The notes under the pieces: generated by a model
What the model was told of the DNA's origin: nothing
Databases searched by the model: none
The model's input: the letters and a program-made list of their open reading frames with translations, nothing else
In this document: positions 27,023 to 37,212 of the stretch, piece after piece
Numbering within the stretch: position 1 is the first letter of the stretch
How the letters are laid out: each line of letters starts with the position of its first letter
Translations under genes and position numbers: made by a program
From: Candidatus Sumerlaeia bacterium
GTDB taxonomy: Bacteria; Sumerlaeota; Sumerlaeia; MVZB01
Direction of reading: 5' to 3'
Assembly: GCA_963580245.1 (NCBI GenBank)
Contig: CAUZJO010000002.1
Coordinates: 12,499 to 76,498, forward strand
DNA: 64,000 nucleotides

Positions 27023-30000
27023 GTTCGGTTTCCGTGCTCTCCTTTAATTCCGGATTGGGGTTGCGCAGCCGAGCAAGATACGAAGTCCTGGTCTTGACGT
27101 TGATTTCCTCGAGCAGGGTGTAATTGCGAGGCTGCTGCTTGGCCCGCGAAACCTGGCTGTTTTCGTCAAGGATGTCGCCAAAGCGGATGGCCTCGGCCGG
27201 ACAGGCTGACTGGCACGCCGTGCGCACGTCCCCGTCTTTGTACGGCGTCCCGTTCACTTTATTCTGGATCCCATTGCGACGGATGCGTTGGACGCAATAC
27301 GTGCACTTTTCCATCACCCCCCGCATGCGCACCGTCACGTTGGGGTTGGAAGCCATCTTGAGCAGGTCGGGCTGGTCTTCGTGGTAGTTGAAGAAATTGA
27401 AGCGGCGGACTTTGTACGGGCAGTTATTCAGACAATAGCGCGTCCCGACACACCGGTTGTAGGTCTGCTCATTGAGCCCATCGGGGCTGTGGCTGGTCGC
27501 CCCCACGGGGCATACCTGTTCGCAGGGCGCATTCTCGCATTGCTGGCACGGGACCGGCTCGAACACCATCTGCGGGTCGTCGATCGAACCTTTGTAGTAG
27601 CGGTCCAAGCGGATCCAGTGCATTTCACGCCCCTCGCGCACGCGATCCTTACCGACGACGGGGATGTTGTTCTCGGCCTGGCAGGCCACCATGCAGGCGT
27701 TGCAGCCGATACACTTGGAAAGGTCGATGCTCATCCCCCACTGCGGAGACTCCTCGTAACTATGCTCTTGAAAGGGAGACTGGATCGGCGGGCCGTGCAC
27801 GCCCATGTGCTTGATGACGTCGGGGTGTTCGCGGTAGGTCTCGACATCGGCCTCGCGCACCAGCGCCCGCCCCTCGAGGGCCCAGTGGTCCTGAGTGTTG
27901 GCGAGCAGAAACTTCCGGCGGGTGGGCGTGACTTTTAATCCGGTGGCGAGGTGCAAGGCGGAACAGGCGCGCAGCGGATAAACATCCACGCCGACCCCTT
28001 CGGCCACGCGCCCCTCAAAGCGTCGGCCGTAACCGAGATGCACGCCGACGACGTTATCGGCCATGCCAGGCGTAATCCAGGCAGGCAACTCAACCGACCG
28101 CCCGTCCAGCTCCAGCGCGACGACCCGTTCATTCTCCACCTTCAACGAGTCCGCCGTCGCCTTGCTCATCATCGCCACGTTGTCCCAAGCGATTTTAGTA
28201 ACCGGATTGGGGATTTCTTGGAGCCAGCCGTTATTGGCCAATCGGCCGTCGTGGAGCTTGGGGTCGGGCAGGAAGACCAGTTCCATCGACTGGATGGTAG
28301 GTTCGGCGGGGATCCCCGACCGGCTTAAGGCCTGGGCCAACGCGCCGTTCTTGGTCTCCAGGGAGGCCGGCGTGAACATGCGCGACTTTTGGCCCGGCAT
28401 GATCCCATCATGGAGCGCCTTCTCCCAACGCGGCAGGAACTCCTCGAGTGGCTGACTGCCCTGGTGGTGCCCTCGAACAATCTCGTAACCCTCCACGGCC
28501 TCCTGACCGCTCAGTCGAGCGACCAATTCGGCATCGGTCAGACCGCCGAACAGGGGCGCGATCAACGGCTGGGTCAGGCCGATCGTCCCATCGGCCGCAA
28601 GCGTATCCCCCCACGATTCCAACGGGTGGGCCCTGGGGACATGCCAGTTGATGGCCTCATGGCGGGCGGTTTCATTGGCATACAGGCCCAAATGAATCGC
28701 GATCTGAACCTTGTCCAACGCCCCGCCGAAATTCAAGTCGGCGGGGGCATCGTAAACCGGGTTGCCCCCCAGGATCACCAGCGTCTTGACCTTCCCCGCG
28801 CGCATCGCTTCGGTCAATTCGGCGATGGACTCGCTTGAAGCTCCAAAGCCGGCGTCCGGGTATGGGGCGTATTGAATGCAATCGGAACCGAGCAGCGTGT
28901 TTAGCGCCTGCGCGAGCGCGTGGACGGCCGGCGGCTGACCCGGTCCCGGCACGACCAATGCCCGGCCGCGATGGGTAATCAGGTCGTTGGCCACCGCGGT
29001 CACCCAGCGTTCCTCGGGCGGATGCTTGCGAGCCTCCGCGAGTTGCTGCATCAGCGGGTCGTTGGCGGGCGGGGACAATTGCGACTCGAAAATCTCGGCC
29101 GCCACGGCCATTAGGAATCGTCCGGCTTGACTGCCGGGCAAACGCAAACGGTGATCGGCTGCCGCCCCCGTGAGCGAGTAGACCCCCTCCACCGCGTAGA
29201 GCCGATTCATTTGCGACGGGCCGTCCTCGACCTGCCGCCGGCGCGAAAAATGACGCGTGTTGGCCAACCAACCGGCTTCGCCCGCCAGGAAGTCCGAATC
29301 GAGGGCGAGTATCACGTCGGCTTTTTCAATGTCGTAAATGGGCCGCAGGGGTTTGCCGAAAATGATGTTTGAACCCGCGTGCGCGTTGTCTTCGTTGATC
29401 GGCTCCCACGTATGCCAGCTCGCCTTTGGGAACTTGCTCAAGAAACGGCGACGCACGTCAAGGAACGAGGGGGAGGCGCTTATCTGGCCCAGGACATACA
29501 GGCCTTCGCCTTGGCCGGGCCGGAGATTTTCGGTTAGTTGATCGGTAATGGTGGAGAAAGCATCCAAAGACGAGGGTTCGCCATTGTGCAAGACCTGCAT
29601 CGAGCGGTCCGGATCATACAGTTCGAGGATCGCGCCCTGCGTCTGGCCATCGACCCCGCCGAGGTTTGCCGGGTGCTCGGGGTTGCCTTCGATTTTCGTG
29701 GGGCGACCCTCGTGGGATTCGACGATCAACCCCACCGGCGAGCCGCCACGCTCGATCGTCGTGGCGTAGAACATCGGATTGCCGGGGATCATGTCCTCGG
29801 GCAGCTTCGAGTAGGGCACGATTTTGTTTTCCGGACGTCGGCATCCGGTCACCGCCCCCGCCAGCGCGATCGAAGCGCCCATCAAGTTCAAGAAGGCGCG
29901 CCGCGAGAAGGGGCTGAGCATCTCCGAGGCCCCTTCGGGGAATTCGCGATGGAGAAACTCTTGGAACTGGGGCGTGTTCTCGAGCTCGTCCAAGCTGCGC

Positions 30001-30080
30001 CAATAACGCTGCCCGGTGTTCGCCGCGTTCGCCGTCTCGGCCACTTCGGTGTTGGCGACATTTTCGTCTAGTAGTGACAT
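27003..30080 (-). CDS. actB: Alternative complex III subunit ActB (Tat-exported molybdopterin-like plus 4Fe-4S ferredoxin fusion)
   Basis: 1025 aa. Twin-arginine signal [17 protein letters not shown], a large molybdopterin-oxidoreductase-like domain, and C-terminal Cys clusters ([40 protein letters not shown]). Confidence 0.95.
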   Translation of the reverse strand: MSLLDENVANTEVAETANAANTGQRYWRSLDELENTPQFQEFLHREFPEGASEMLSPFSRRAFLNLMGASIALAGAVTGCRRPENKIVPYSKLPEDMIPGNPMFYATTIERGGSPVGLIVESHEGRPTKIEGNPEHPANLGGVDGQTQGAILELYDPDRSMQVLHNGEPSSLDAFSTITDQLTENLRPGQGEGLYVLGQISASPSFLDVRRRFLSKFPKASWHTWEPINEDNAHAGSNIIFGKPLRPIYDIEKADVILALDSDFLAGEAGWLANTRHFSRRRQVEDGPSQMNRLYAVEGVYSLTGAAADHRLRLPGSQAGRFLMAVAAEIFESQLSPPANDPLMQQLAEARKHPPEERWVTAVANDLITHRGRALVVPGPGQPPAVHALAQALNTLLGSDCIQYAPYPDAGFGASSESIAELTEAMRAGKVKTLVILGGNPVYDAPADLNFGGALDKVQIAIHLGLYANETARHEAINWHVPRAHPLESWGDTLAADGTIGLTQPLIAPLFGGLTDAELVARLSGQEAVEGYEIVRGHHQGSQPLEEFLPRWEKALHDGIMPGQKSRMFTPASLETKNGALAQALSRSGIPAEPTIQSMELVFLPDPKLHDGRLANNGWLQEIPNPVTKIAWDNVAMMSKATADSLKVENERVVALELDGRSVELPAWITPGMADNVVGVHLGYGRRFEGRVAEGVGVDVYPLRACSALHLATGLKVTPTRRKFLLANTQDHWALEGRALVREADVETYREHPDVIKHMGVHGPPIQSPFQEHSYEESPQWGMSIDLSKCIGCNACMVACQAENNIPVVGKDRVREGREMHWIRLDRYYKGSIDDPQMVFEPVPCQQCENAPCEQVCPVGATSHSPDGLNEQTYNRCVGTRYCLNNCPYKVRRFNFFNYHEDQPDLLKMASNPNVTVRMRGVMEKCTYCVQRIRRNGIQNKVNGTPYKDGDVRTACQSACPAEAIRFGDILDENSQVSRAKQQPRNYTLLEEINVKTRTSYLARLRNPNPELKESTETEHGRSHA

Positions 30081-30709
30081 GCCGAACAGTTCTCCGGGGG
30101 ATTGATGTCGCGCTCTTGAACCAGCCTGGCCCCCTCTTGGGGGTCGGTGGGGAGGTAATCCATGACGGTGACCTTATCTCTGGGGCGAATACGGGATTCC
30201 GGATCGCGATGGCAATTGAGGCACCAGCCCATGCTCAGCGGCTTGGACAGGCGCACCACTTCCATCTGATCGATGCGGCCGTGACAACTGACGCAGCCCA
30301 CGCCGGCATTGATGTGGATGCTATGGTTAAACCGGACGAAGTCGGGCAGCTTGTGAATGCGTTTCCATTGGACCGGCTGATCCGTGTCGAAGCTCTCGCG
30401 CACGGGGAGTAGTTTCTGGCTCTCGGGCTTGATTTCAGTGTGGCAGTTCATGCAAGTCTGACTGGGGGGGACGTTGGCGTGGGAGCCGACCTCGACGCCG
30501 GTATGGCAATAACGACAATCCATGCCCAGCGTGCCGGCGTGGAGCTTGTGGCTGTAGGGAACCGGTTGCGGCGGGGCGTATCCGACGTCGGTGAATTCAG
30601 GCGAAAAGTAATACCAGACGAACCCGACAACCCCGAAGAATCCCCCACCACCCGCGAAGAGTATGCAGAAGGGAAGACGATTGGTCCACTTTGGAAAAGC
30701 GGTTAACAA
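30068..30709 (-). CDS. actA: Alternative complex III subunit ActA (pentaheme cytochrome c)
   Basis: An N-terminal TM anchor and five CxxCH motifs (CRYCH, CMNCH, CVSCH, CLNCH, CSACH). First gene of the operon, downstream of a 500-bp AT-rich spacer. Confidence 0.9.
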   Translation of the reverse strand: MLTAFPKWTNRLPFCILFAGGGGFFGVVGFVWYYFSPEFTDVGYAPPQPVPYSHKLHAGTLGMDCRYCHTGVEVGSHANVPPSQTCMNCHTEIKPESQKLLPVRESFDTDQPVQWKRIHKLPDFVRFNHSIHINAGVGCVSCHGRIDQMEVVRLSKPLSMGWCLNCHRDPESRIRPRDKVTVMDYLPTDPQEGARLVQERDINPPENCSACHY

Positions 30710-31227
30710 CTAAAGGCTCCCGAGTAAGCGACAATCCAACGCGTCAGACAGAATCCGGGGTCGGCAGATTGTTTCAATCTTCCGACCTTACCAGGTTTTC
30801 GGGCGTCATAGTATAGAGATTGCTTGAGATAATCCAGTATAAAATCGCACCTTCGCCAGGGGTATTTCAGAAACATTTTCTTGGATCAACCCGTGTGTGT
30901 TATAGAGATAAACCATGTGATTTCAGTATTCTGTAAATAGGATAAGCGTATCCTTTGAATTGAGCGGCCAAATCGGGTTCCAAAAGAAAAATCGTAAAGA
31001 TGGCCCCTTGTTTGTGATTTTTTTCACTGATTTGCCCCATCCGCCGGCCCGCCGCGATCGAGAACTTTGAGTCTCCCTCCGCGCCGTTCCATGATTATCT
31101 GTTGCGCCGGCGGGAGACTTTTTGGGATACCTGAACAGATTGGGGACCGGTCCCGCCCAATTTACGGTTGCCGCGATCGAACATTCCGGCCCCAACCGCC
31201 AATTTAGTGAAGAAGGATCCAACTCGC

Positions 31228-32250
31228 GTGAAGGTCAAAGTTGCTATCATGGGCGCGACGGGTGCCGTCGGTTGCGAGATGCTCAGAATTCTCGAGGAGC
31301 GCCATTTCCCTTGCTCCTCGATCAAGCTGTTGGCATCGGAGCGTTCGGCGGGCAAGCAATTGGTGTTTAACGGCGCCATGCACACGGTCGAGCGCCTCGA
31401 CAGCGGTTCGTTCAAGGACGTCGACCTGGTCCTGGCCTCCGCCGGCGGTTCGATCTCCAAGGAATACGCGCCCATCGTCGCGCGCTCGGGGGCCGTCGTT
31501 GTGGACAATACCTCCGCCTTCCGCATGGACGCCGACGTTCCCCTGGTCGTCCCCGAGGTCAACCCCGACGCCGCTCGCCGTCACAAGGGGATCATCGCCA
31601 ATCCCAACTGCTCGACGATCCAGATGGTGGTGGCGCTCGCGCCGCTGCACCGCGCCGCCCGGATCAAACGCATCGTCGTCTCGACCTACCAGGCGACCTC
31701 GGGCGCCGGCGCGGCCGCCGTGCGCGAGATGGAGGAGCAAACCCTGGCCCAACTCCAAGGCCGCTCCCCCGCCCCGCCCAAGAAGTTCGCCCACGCCATC
31801 GCCTTCAACTGCCTGCCGCACATCGATGACTTCCTCGACAGCGGCTACACCAAGGAAGAGATGAAGATGGTCAACGAGACACGCAAGATCCTGGAAGACG
31901 ATACGATCCAGGTCAGCCCCACGACCGTCCGCGTCCCGGTCGCCCGCGGCCACGGCGAGTCGATCAACATCGAGACCGAGAAGAAACTCTCGGCCGACGA
32001 GGCGCGCGCGATCCTGCGCGACGCCGACGGCGTCGTCGTAGTCGACGACCCGGCCACCAACCAGTATCCGCTCGCCATCCACGCCGCCGGCCGCGACGCC
32101 ACCTTCGTCGGCCGCATCCGCGAAGACCCATCGATCCCCCATGGCCTGAACCTATGGTGCGTCAGCGACAACCTGCGCAAAGGCGCCGCCCTAAACACGA
32201 TTCAGATCGCGGAACTATTGCTCGAGCGGGGGTGGCTGAAGAAGTCATAG
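31228..32250 (+). CDS. asd: Aspartate-semialdehyde dehydrogenase
   Basis: VKVAIMGATGAVG Rossmann start and the active-site region IIANPNCSTIQMVVAL. GTG 31228 preferred over the upstream ATG 31168. Confidence 0.95.
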   Translation: MKVKVAIMGATGAVGCEMLRILEERHFPCSSIKLLASERSAGKQLVFNGAMHTVERLDSGSFKDVDLVLASAGGSISKEYAPIVARSGAVVVDNTSAFRMDADVPLVVPEVNPDAARRHKGIIANPNCSTIQMVVALAPLHRAARIKRIVVSTYQATSGAGAAAVREMEEQTLAQLQGRSPAPPKKFAHAIAFNCLPHIDDFLDSGYTKEEMKMVNETRKILEDDTIQVSPTTVRVPVARGHGESINIETEKKLSADEARAILRDADGVVVVDDPATNQYPLAIHAAGRDATFVGRIREDPSIPHGLNLWCVSDNLRKGAALNTIQIAELLLERGWLKKS

Positions 32251-32255
32251 GCCAC

Positions 32256-32921
32256 ATGATCTTCAAGAAACTACTTCCCAAGAATCCAAGGCCATCCCTC
32301 AATAATCTGGATCAAAAGCTTGAAAGATATTTGAATTTCAAGCGGGGGTTTTTTATTGAAGCCGGCGCGAACAACGGCTACTCGCAAAGCAACACTTATT
32401 TCCTCGAAAAAAGGCGCGGCTGGTGTGGAATTTTAATCGAAGGAATACCAGAGCTCTGTGAGCAATGCAAAAAAGTCAGGCGTCGATCACTAGTTATAAA
32501 TTGCGCTCTCGTTTCCAGCGATTTTCGGGAACCAACGGTGACGATGCACTATGCGCATCTGATGTCTGTTGTCGATGGTTCGCTGAAAACAAAAGAAGAC
32601 CAAGACAGCCATCTGAGACGCGGTATTGATTTGCAGGAGTTGGATGAGTCGTATTCAATTGATGTCCCCGCAAGGACTCTTGAATCAATTCTGGATGATA
32701 TTCCAGCTCTTCCCAGAATCGATTTTTTCTCTCTGGACGTGGAGGGCTATGAGCTTAATGTGCTGAGGGGGTTAAACCTCTTCAAGTATAGACCGACATT
32801 CATTCTGGTGGAGGCGAGATTTTTCGAAGAAGTGAGTGCATTTCTTGAAGGACAAAAATATGAACTCGTGGAGAAAATGTCCGTCCATGACTATCTTTAT
32901 GGGTGTCAAGAAAACGTCTAA
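32256..32921 (+). CDS. FkbM family methyltransferase (low-GC gene)
   Basis: GFFIEAGANNGYSQSNTYFLEKRRGWCGILIE plus IDFFSLDVEGYELNVLRG are FkbM-type motifs. It starts 5 nt after the asd stop. Composition is visibly AT-rich, about 44% GC by eye against about 60% in the flanks. Confidence 0.85.
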   Translation: MIFKKLLPKNPRPSLNNLDQKLERYLNFKRGFFIEAGANNGYSQSNTYFLEKRRGWCGILIEGIPELCEQCKKVRRRSLVINCALVSSDFREPTVTMHYAHLMSVVDGSLKTKEDQDSHLRRGIDLQELDESYSIDVPARTLESILDDIPALPRIDFFSLDVEGYELNVLRGLNLFKYRPTFILVEARFFEEVSAFLEGQKYELVEKMSVHDYLYGCQENV

Positions 32922-33051
32922 CAAATCGCCGCCCCGGGCCGCTGATTTGCGGCGTCAGATCGGCGCCGAGGTTGGCCGTTATGCCGGTTACGTTTCTTTC
33001 CAGCTGGCCGAGGCGGCCGTCCGAACGGACCAGTTCGCGGGGATATGAATT

Positions 33052-35085
33052 GTGGGTAAGGCAAAGGGCAAGACCAAGCAGACCCGCCGCGGCGCGCGCA
33101 AGGAGAGCGGTTCTCCTCTGGAGGGATTTCCAACACGAAAGCCTGGCTTCCGTTCGCTCGCCTCGGGCCTGTTCAGGCGCGAGAACGGGTGGATGCCGGT
33201 TCTGTTCGCGGCGGTGTTGATCGCTTACGTCCCGGCCCTGATGGGGGGATTCATCTGGGACGACGATTATTACGTGACCGAGAACCAGACGTTGCGATCG
33301 GCCAAGGGGCTCTGGCACCTGTGGTTCAACATCGGCGCGACCCCACAGTATTACCCGCTGGTCTTCAGCACGTTTTGGGTTGAATACCACCTGTGGGGCC
33401 TGAACCCCTTCGGCTACCACCTGACCAACGTCCTGTTGCATACGCTCAACAGCCTGCTGATCTTCGGGGTGCTCTCCTATCTGAGGGTCCCCGGCGCGTT
33501 GCTTGTCGCAGTCATCTTCGGCCTGCATCCCGTGCACGTCGAATCGGTCGCATGGATCACCGAACGTAAAAACGTCCTATCGTGCTTCTGCTACTTGATG
33601 TCCCTCAACGTAGCGGTCCGCTTTTTCCGCGTCGAGCCCGGGGCACAACTCGCGAGAGCGCCGGGGTCGCCGCGATCTCGCTGGGGGCTTTACGTTGCCG
33701 GGCTCCTTTTCTATGTCGCCGCGTTGCTGAGCAAGACGGTCACCTGCTCCCTGCCCGCGATCGTGTTGGTCATCCTGTGGTGGAAACGCGACCGGATCGC
33801 CAAGCGCGAGGCGTTGCTCATGGCCCCGTTCTTCGGGGTCGGGCTCGCTTTGGGGTTAGTCACGATCTGGATGGAGAAAAACGTCGTCGGCGCATTCGGC
33901 GAGCAGTGGGATCTATCCATCATCGATCGCTGCCTCGTGGCCGGGCGCGTCCTGTGGTTTTACGTCGGGAAGCTCCTGTGGCCCGATCCGTTGGCGTTCA
34001 CTTATCCAAGGTGGGCAATCGATTCGGCCGTCGCCTGGCAGTACGCATTCCCCATCGGCGTCGTGATCGTAGTGGCCGGGCTCTGGTTTTTGCGCGGGCG
34101 GATCGGAAAGGCTCCCCTGGCGGCCGTCCTGTTCTTCATCATCACCCTTTCACCCGCCCTTGGGTTTATTGACGTCTTCCCGATGCAGTATTCCTATGTC
34201 GCCGACCATTTCCAATACCATGCCAGCATCGGGATGATCGCGCTGTTGGCCGGGATCATCACGACTTTGATCGGCCTGCTTGCCCTCCAACCCCGGCGCT
34301 GGGGATACGCGGCCTGTGGGTTGTGGCTGATCGCGCTGGCGGTGCTGACATTTCGTCAAGGGTTCGCATACGAAGGCCTGGTGCCGCTCTGGGAACACAC
34401 GATCAAGAGTAACCCCGACTCATGGCTGGCGCACAATAATATTGGTTGCGAACTCTACGAGGCCGGGGAGAAGGAAAGGGGGCTGTATCATTTTAAGGAG
34501 TCGCTACGGGCGAATCCGAATTACGCGAATGCCCACGTAAACTTCGGCAACACGCTGCTCGATCAAGGCAAGACCGACCAGGCGCTCGAGTCTTATCGCC
34601 GGGCCACCGAACTTGATTCTTACGACCCGACGCCGCATTTCAGTATCGCCACCGTTATGCTTCAAAACCAGCGGCTTGACGAGGCCGAAGTCCACTTTCG
34701 CAAAGCGATCGAACTCCATCCGAAACACGCCGACGCACTGAATTCTCTGGCCCTCATTCGAGGAGTGCAAGGCGACGACGAGCAAGCCATCGACTATCAC
34801 CGGCGGGCGATCGAAGTGAACCCGCGACTGACGCCGGCCCGCGTCGGCCTCGGCATGGCCCTGGCCCGCGGGGGCCAGTTGCGCGAGGCGGTCGAGCAAT
34901 TCTCCATCGCGCTCCAGATCGAGCCCAATGCCCTCAATGCCCGCCTCTACCTGGCCCACGCCCTTCGCGACCTTTCCCTCCTGGAAGAAGCCATCGCCGA
35001 GTACCAGCGAGTCTTGGCGGCCCGACCCGATTGGCGCGAGGCCCAGGAAGGACTCAGAAAGACACGGGCGCGGCGGAAGAGATGA
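33052..35085 (+). CDS. TMTC-like membrane glycosyltransferase-fold protein with C-terminal TPR repeats
   Basis: The polytopic N-terminal half carries the FIWDDDYYV loop motif and YHLTNVLLHTLNSLL. The C-terminal half has 6 or more TPR units (NPNYANAHVNFGNTLLDQGKTDQALESYRRATELD...). The start could be 33052 (GTG) or 33190 (ATG). Confidence 0.85.
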   Translation: MGKAKGKTKQTRRGARKESGSPLEGFPTRKPGFRSLASGLFRRENGWMPVLFAAVLIAYVPALMGGFIWDDDYYVTENQTLRSAKGLWHLWFNIGATPQYYPLVFSTFWVEYHLWGLNPFGYHLTNVLLHTLNSLLIFGVLSYLRVPGALLVAVIFGLHPVHVESVAWITERKNVLSCFCYLMSLNVAVRFFRVEPGAQLARAPGSPRSRWGLYVAGLLFYVAALLSKTVTCSLPAIVLVILWWKRDRIAKREALLMAPFFGVGLALGLVTIWMEKNVVGAFGEQWDLSIIDRCLVAGRVLWFYVGKLLWPDPLAFTYPRWAIDSAVAWQYAFPIGVVIVVAGLWFLRGRIGKAPLAAVLFFIITLSPALGFIDVFPMQYSYVADHFQYHASIGMIALLAGIITTLIGLLALQPRRWGYAACGLWLIALAVLTFRQGFAYEGLVPLWEHTIKSNPDSWLAHNNIGCELYEAGEKERGLYHFKESLRANPNYANAHVNFGNTLLDQGKTDQALESYRRATELDSYDPTPHFSIATVMLQNQRLDEAEVHFRKAIELHPKHADALNSLALIRGVQGDDEQAIDYHRRAIEVNPRLTPARVGLGMALARGGQLREAVEQFSIALQIEPNALNARLYLAHALRDLSLLEEAIAEYQRVLAARPDWREAQEGLRKTRARRKR

Positions 35086-35271
35086 GACGCGTTTTCTTGC
35101 AACAATCAGACGGTCAATGGTGTTTAATACCAGTGGAGAGAGGAAAGGCTCTGCCCTGTAGATGTATGATCAACCCCAGCGGTGATTTCATGCTTAGCAT
35201 TGCAGGAGAAACGGGGAGCCGCCCGTTTAGTTGACGACAATCTTGGTTCGTTAGGAAATGGGATTCAGCGG

Positions 35272-37167
35272 ATGATTCCTACCAATCGAACGAAACCACG
35301 GGCTTCCGCTTGGGTCTTGTGCGGCGTATGTATCTGCGCCGTGTCGCCGGTCTGGGCGCAGTCGGGCCTGGAATGGGTCACCACGGAGAATACCGTTCAC
35401 TGGGCCGCGCGATCCGATCATACAACCGTGGTATTTGACGACAGGATATGGGTTCTCGGCGGCCGATTCAGGGACGACGTGCGCAACGACGTGTGGCATT
35501 CTCCGGATGGGGTCAATTGGACGAAAGTCCTGGAATCCGCGCCCTGGCCGCCTCGTTGTGATCATACCTCCGTTGTTTATGACGGGAGAATCTGGGTCAT
35601 GGGCGGAAACGGCCGGGAAGAAGATGGAGGGTACATCAAACTCGGCGACGTCTGGTCCTCCTCCGACGGCGTCAACTGGACAGAAGCCACCCGTGACGCC
35701 CCATGGTCCGATGGAGAGGGCCAGTTGGGCCACACCTCCGTGGTCTACGCGAATAAAATCTGGCTGCTGGGGGGATACTCCGGATCAGACCGGCGTAACG
35801 ACGCATGGCATACGACGGACGGAATAAACTGGGTTCAGGCGACGGGGTCAGCCCCTTGGGCTCTTCGGTACGGTCACTCTTCGGTTGTTTCCCAAGATAA
35901 AATTTAGATTTTCGGCGGCTACACGCTGTCCGACAGCGACGTTTGGCATTCGAGCGATGGCATCGCATGGACGCACGTCCTCGTCAAGGCACCGTGGTGG
36001 CTGTAGCGTCGCGACCATACCTCATTGGTCTTCGACGGTAAGATCTGGTTGATGGGCGGTCGGAAAGACCCTGTCTGGAGTTCTGATGACGGCATAAACT
36101 GGACCCGAGTCCTGGATGAAACACCCGGGTGCCGGCGAGATGGGCCGACGTCGGTTGTCTTCAACGACCGCATGTGGATTCTAGGCGGTGGAGGAGGTTC
36201 CTTTTATTATGAGAGGGACGTATGGTCTTCGGCCGATGGGGCGAACTGGTCGGAGATGAGTAAACTCCACTGGGCAAGGCGCTATCGCCACGCGTCCGTC
36301 GTCTTTGACGGTAAATTATGGGTCATCGGCGGCGCAACGAATGATGTCTGGTCCTCCGAGGATGGGGCGTGTTGGCTCAGGGTGACGGACTCGGCGCCGT
36401 GGGCGCCGAGATTTGGACACGCCTCGGTTGTCTTCAAGGACAAAATCTGGGTCATCGGGGGTGGAGACTGGGCCCACGGAGGCAAGAATGACGTCTGGAG
36501 TACGGAGAATGTCGCCGACTGGACCGAGGTCCTGTCCGCGGCCCCGTGGCCGGTATCTTCCGCTCTCACGGCGGTCGTCTTCGACGATAAGATGTGGGTC
36601 ATTGGTTTTTTTGCCACCGATGACTCCACCGCCACGACGACTCTGTTCAACGCTGTTTGGAGTTCCGAAGATGGGATCAGTTGGATCGAGGTGAACAACC
36701 AACCCGCCTGGGCCCCACGAGTTGGATATAGATTGGTGGTCCATGAGGGTCAGTTATGGGTCATCGGAGGCTCGGATATGGGCGACGTGTGGGTCTCCAC
36801 CGATGGCGTGAGCTGGACGCAAGTGGTCGAACGAGGCGCCCTGGTCGCCACGGACGGACCACGCCAGTGTCGTCTTCGACGATGAAATCTGGCTCATCGG
36901 CGGCAGAGGACCGATTCGCTTCGAGAATCTCAACACCCGACACGACGTTTGGCGTTCCAGCGATGGGAAAAACTGGAGGCAGGTCACCGATTATACCTCG
37001 GCCGCGGGTCGGGTCGGGTCGGTCACAGCTCGGTCGTCCATAATGGCCAAGTATGGGTGATTGGAGGGGCCCGCAATGGGGGCTATTCGGGTTCGATTCC
37101 TCAACACGACACCTGGCATTCAATCATATCCCACAATGCCAACCGCCTTTGGAGCCTTTACAATTGA
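35272..37167 (+). pseudogene. Secreted 12-blade Kelch/Asp-box beta-propeller repeat protein, disrupted by 2 nonsense codons and 2 frameshifts
   Basis: A signal peptide (MIPTNRTKPRASAWVLCGVCICAVSPVWAQ) is followed by 12 units of about 47 aa: DVWxSxDGxNWTxV..APWxxRxxHxSVVFDxKIWVxGG. There are in-frame TAG codons at 35905 and 36004 and frame changes near 36831..36845 and 37006..37020. Confidence 0.78.
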
Positions 37168-37212
37168 TCCGGCGATATACATATTTCAGCGAGGAAGATT
37201 GGAGCGCGTCGT

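Noticed and set aside
35905-36006. Two in-frame TAG codons in the propeller gene, considered as possible stop-codon recoding (pyrrolysine or suppressor).
   Set aside because: The same gene also carries two frameshifts. TAG terminates neighbouring genes normally (e.g. asd and the aminotransferase). One TAG sits exactly where TGG (Trp) is invariant in the other 11 blades. A simple nonsense mutation is the economical explanation.
37089-37100. gggttcgattcc, a T-loop-like string suggesting a tRNA.
   Set aside because: The flanking bases do not form a T stem (tcggg versus cctca) or an acceptor stem. The string lies inside the last blade of the propeller pseudogene (…SGSIPQHD…).
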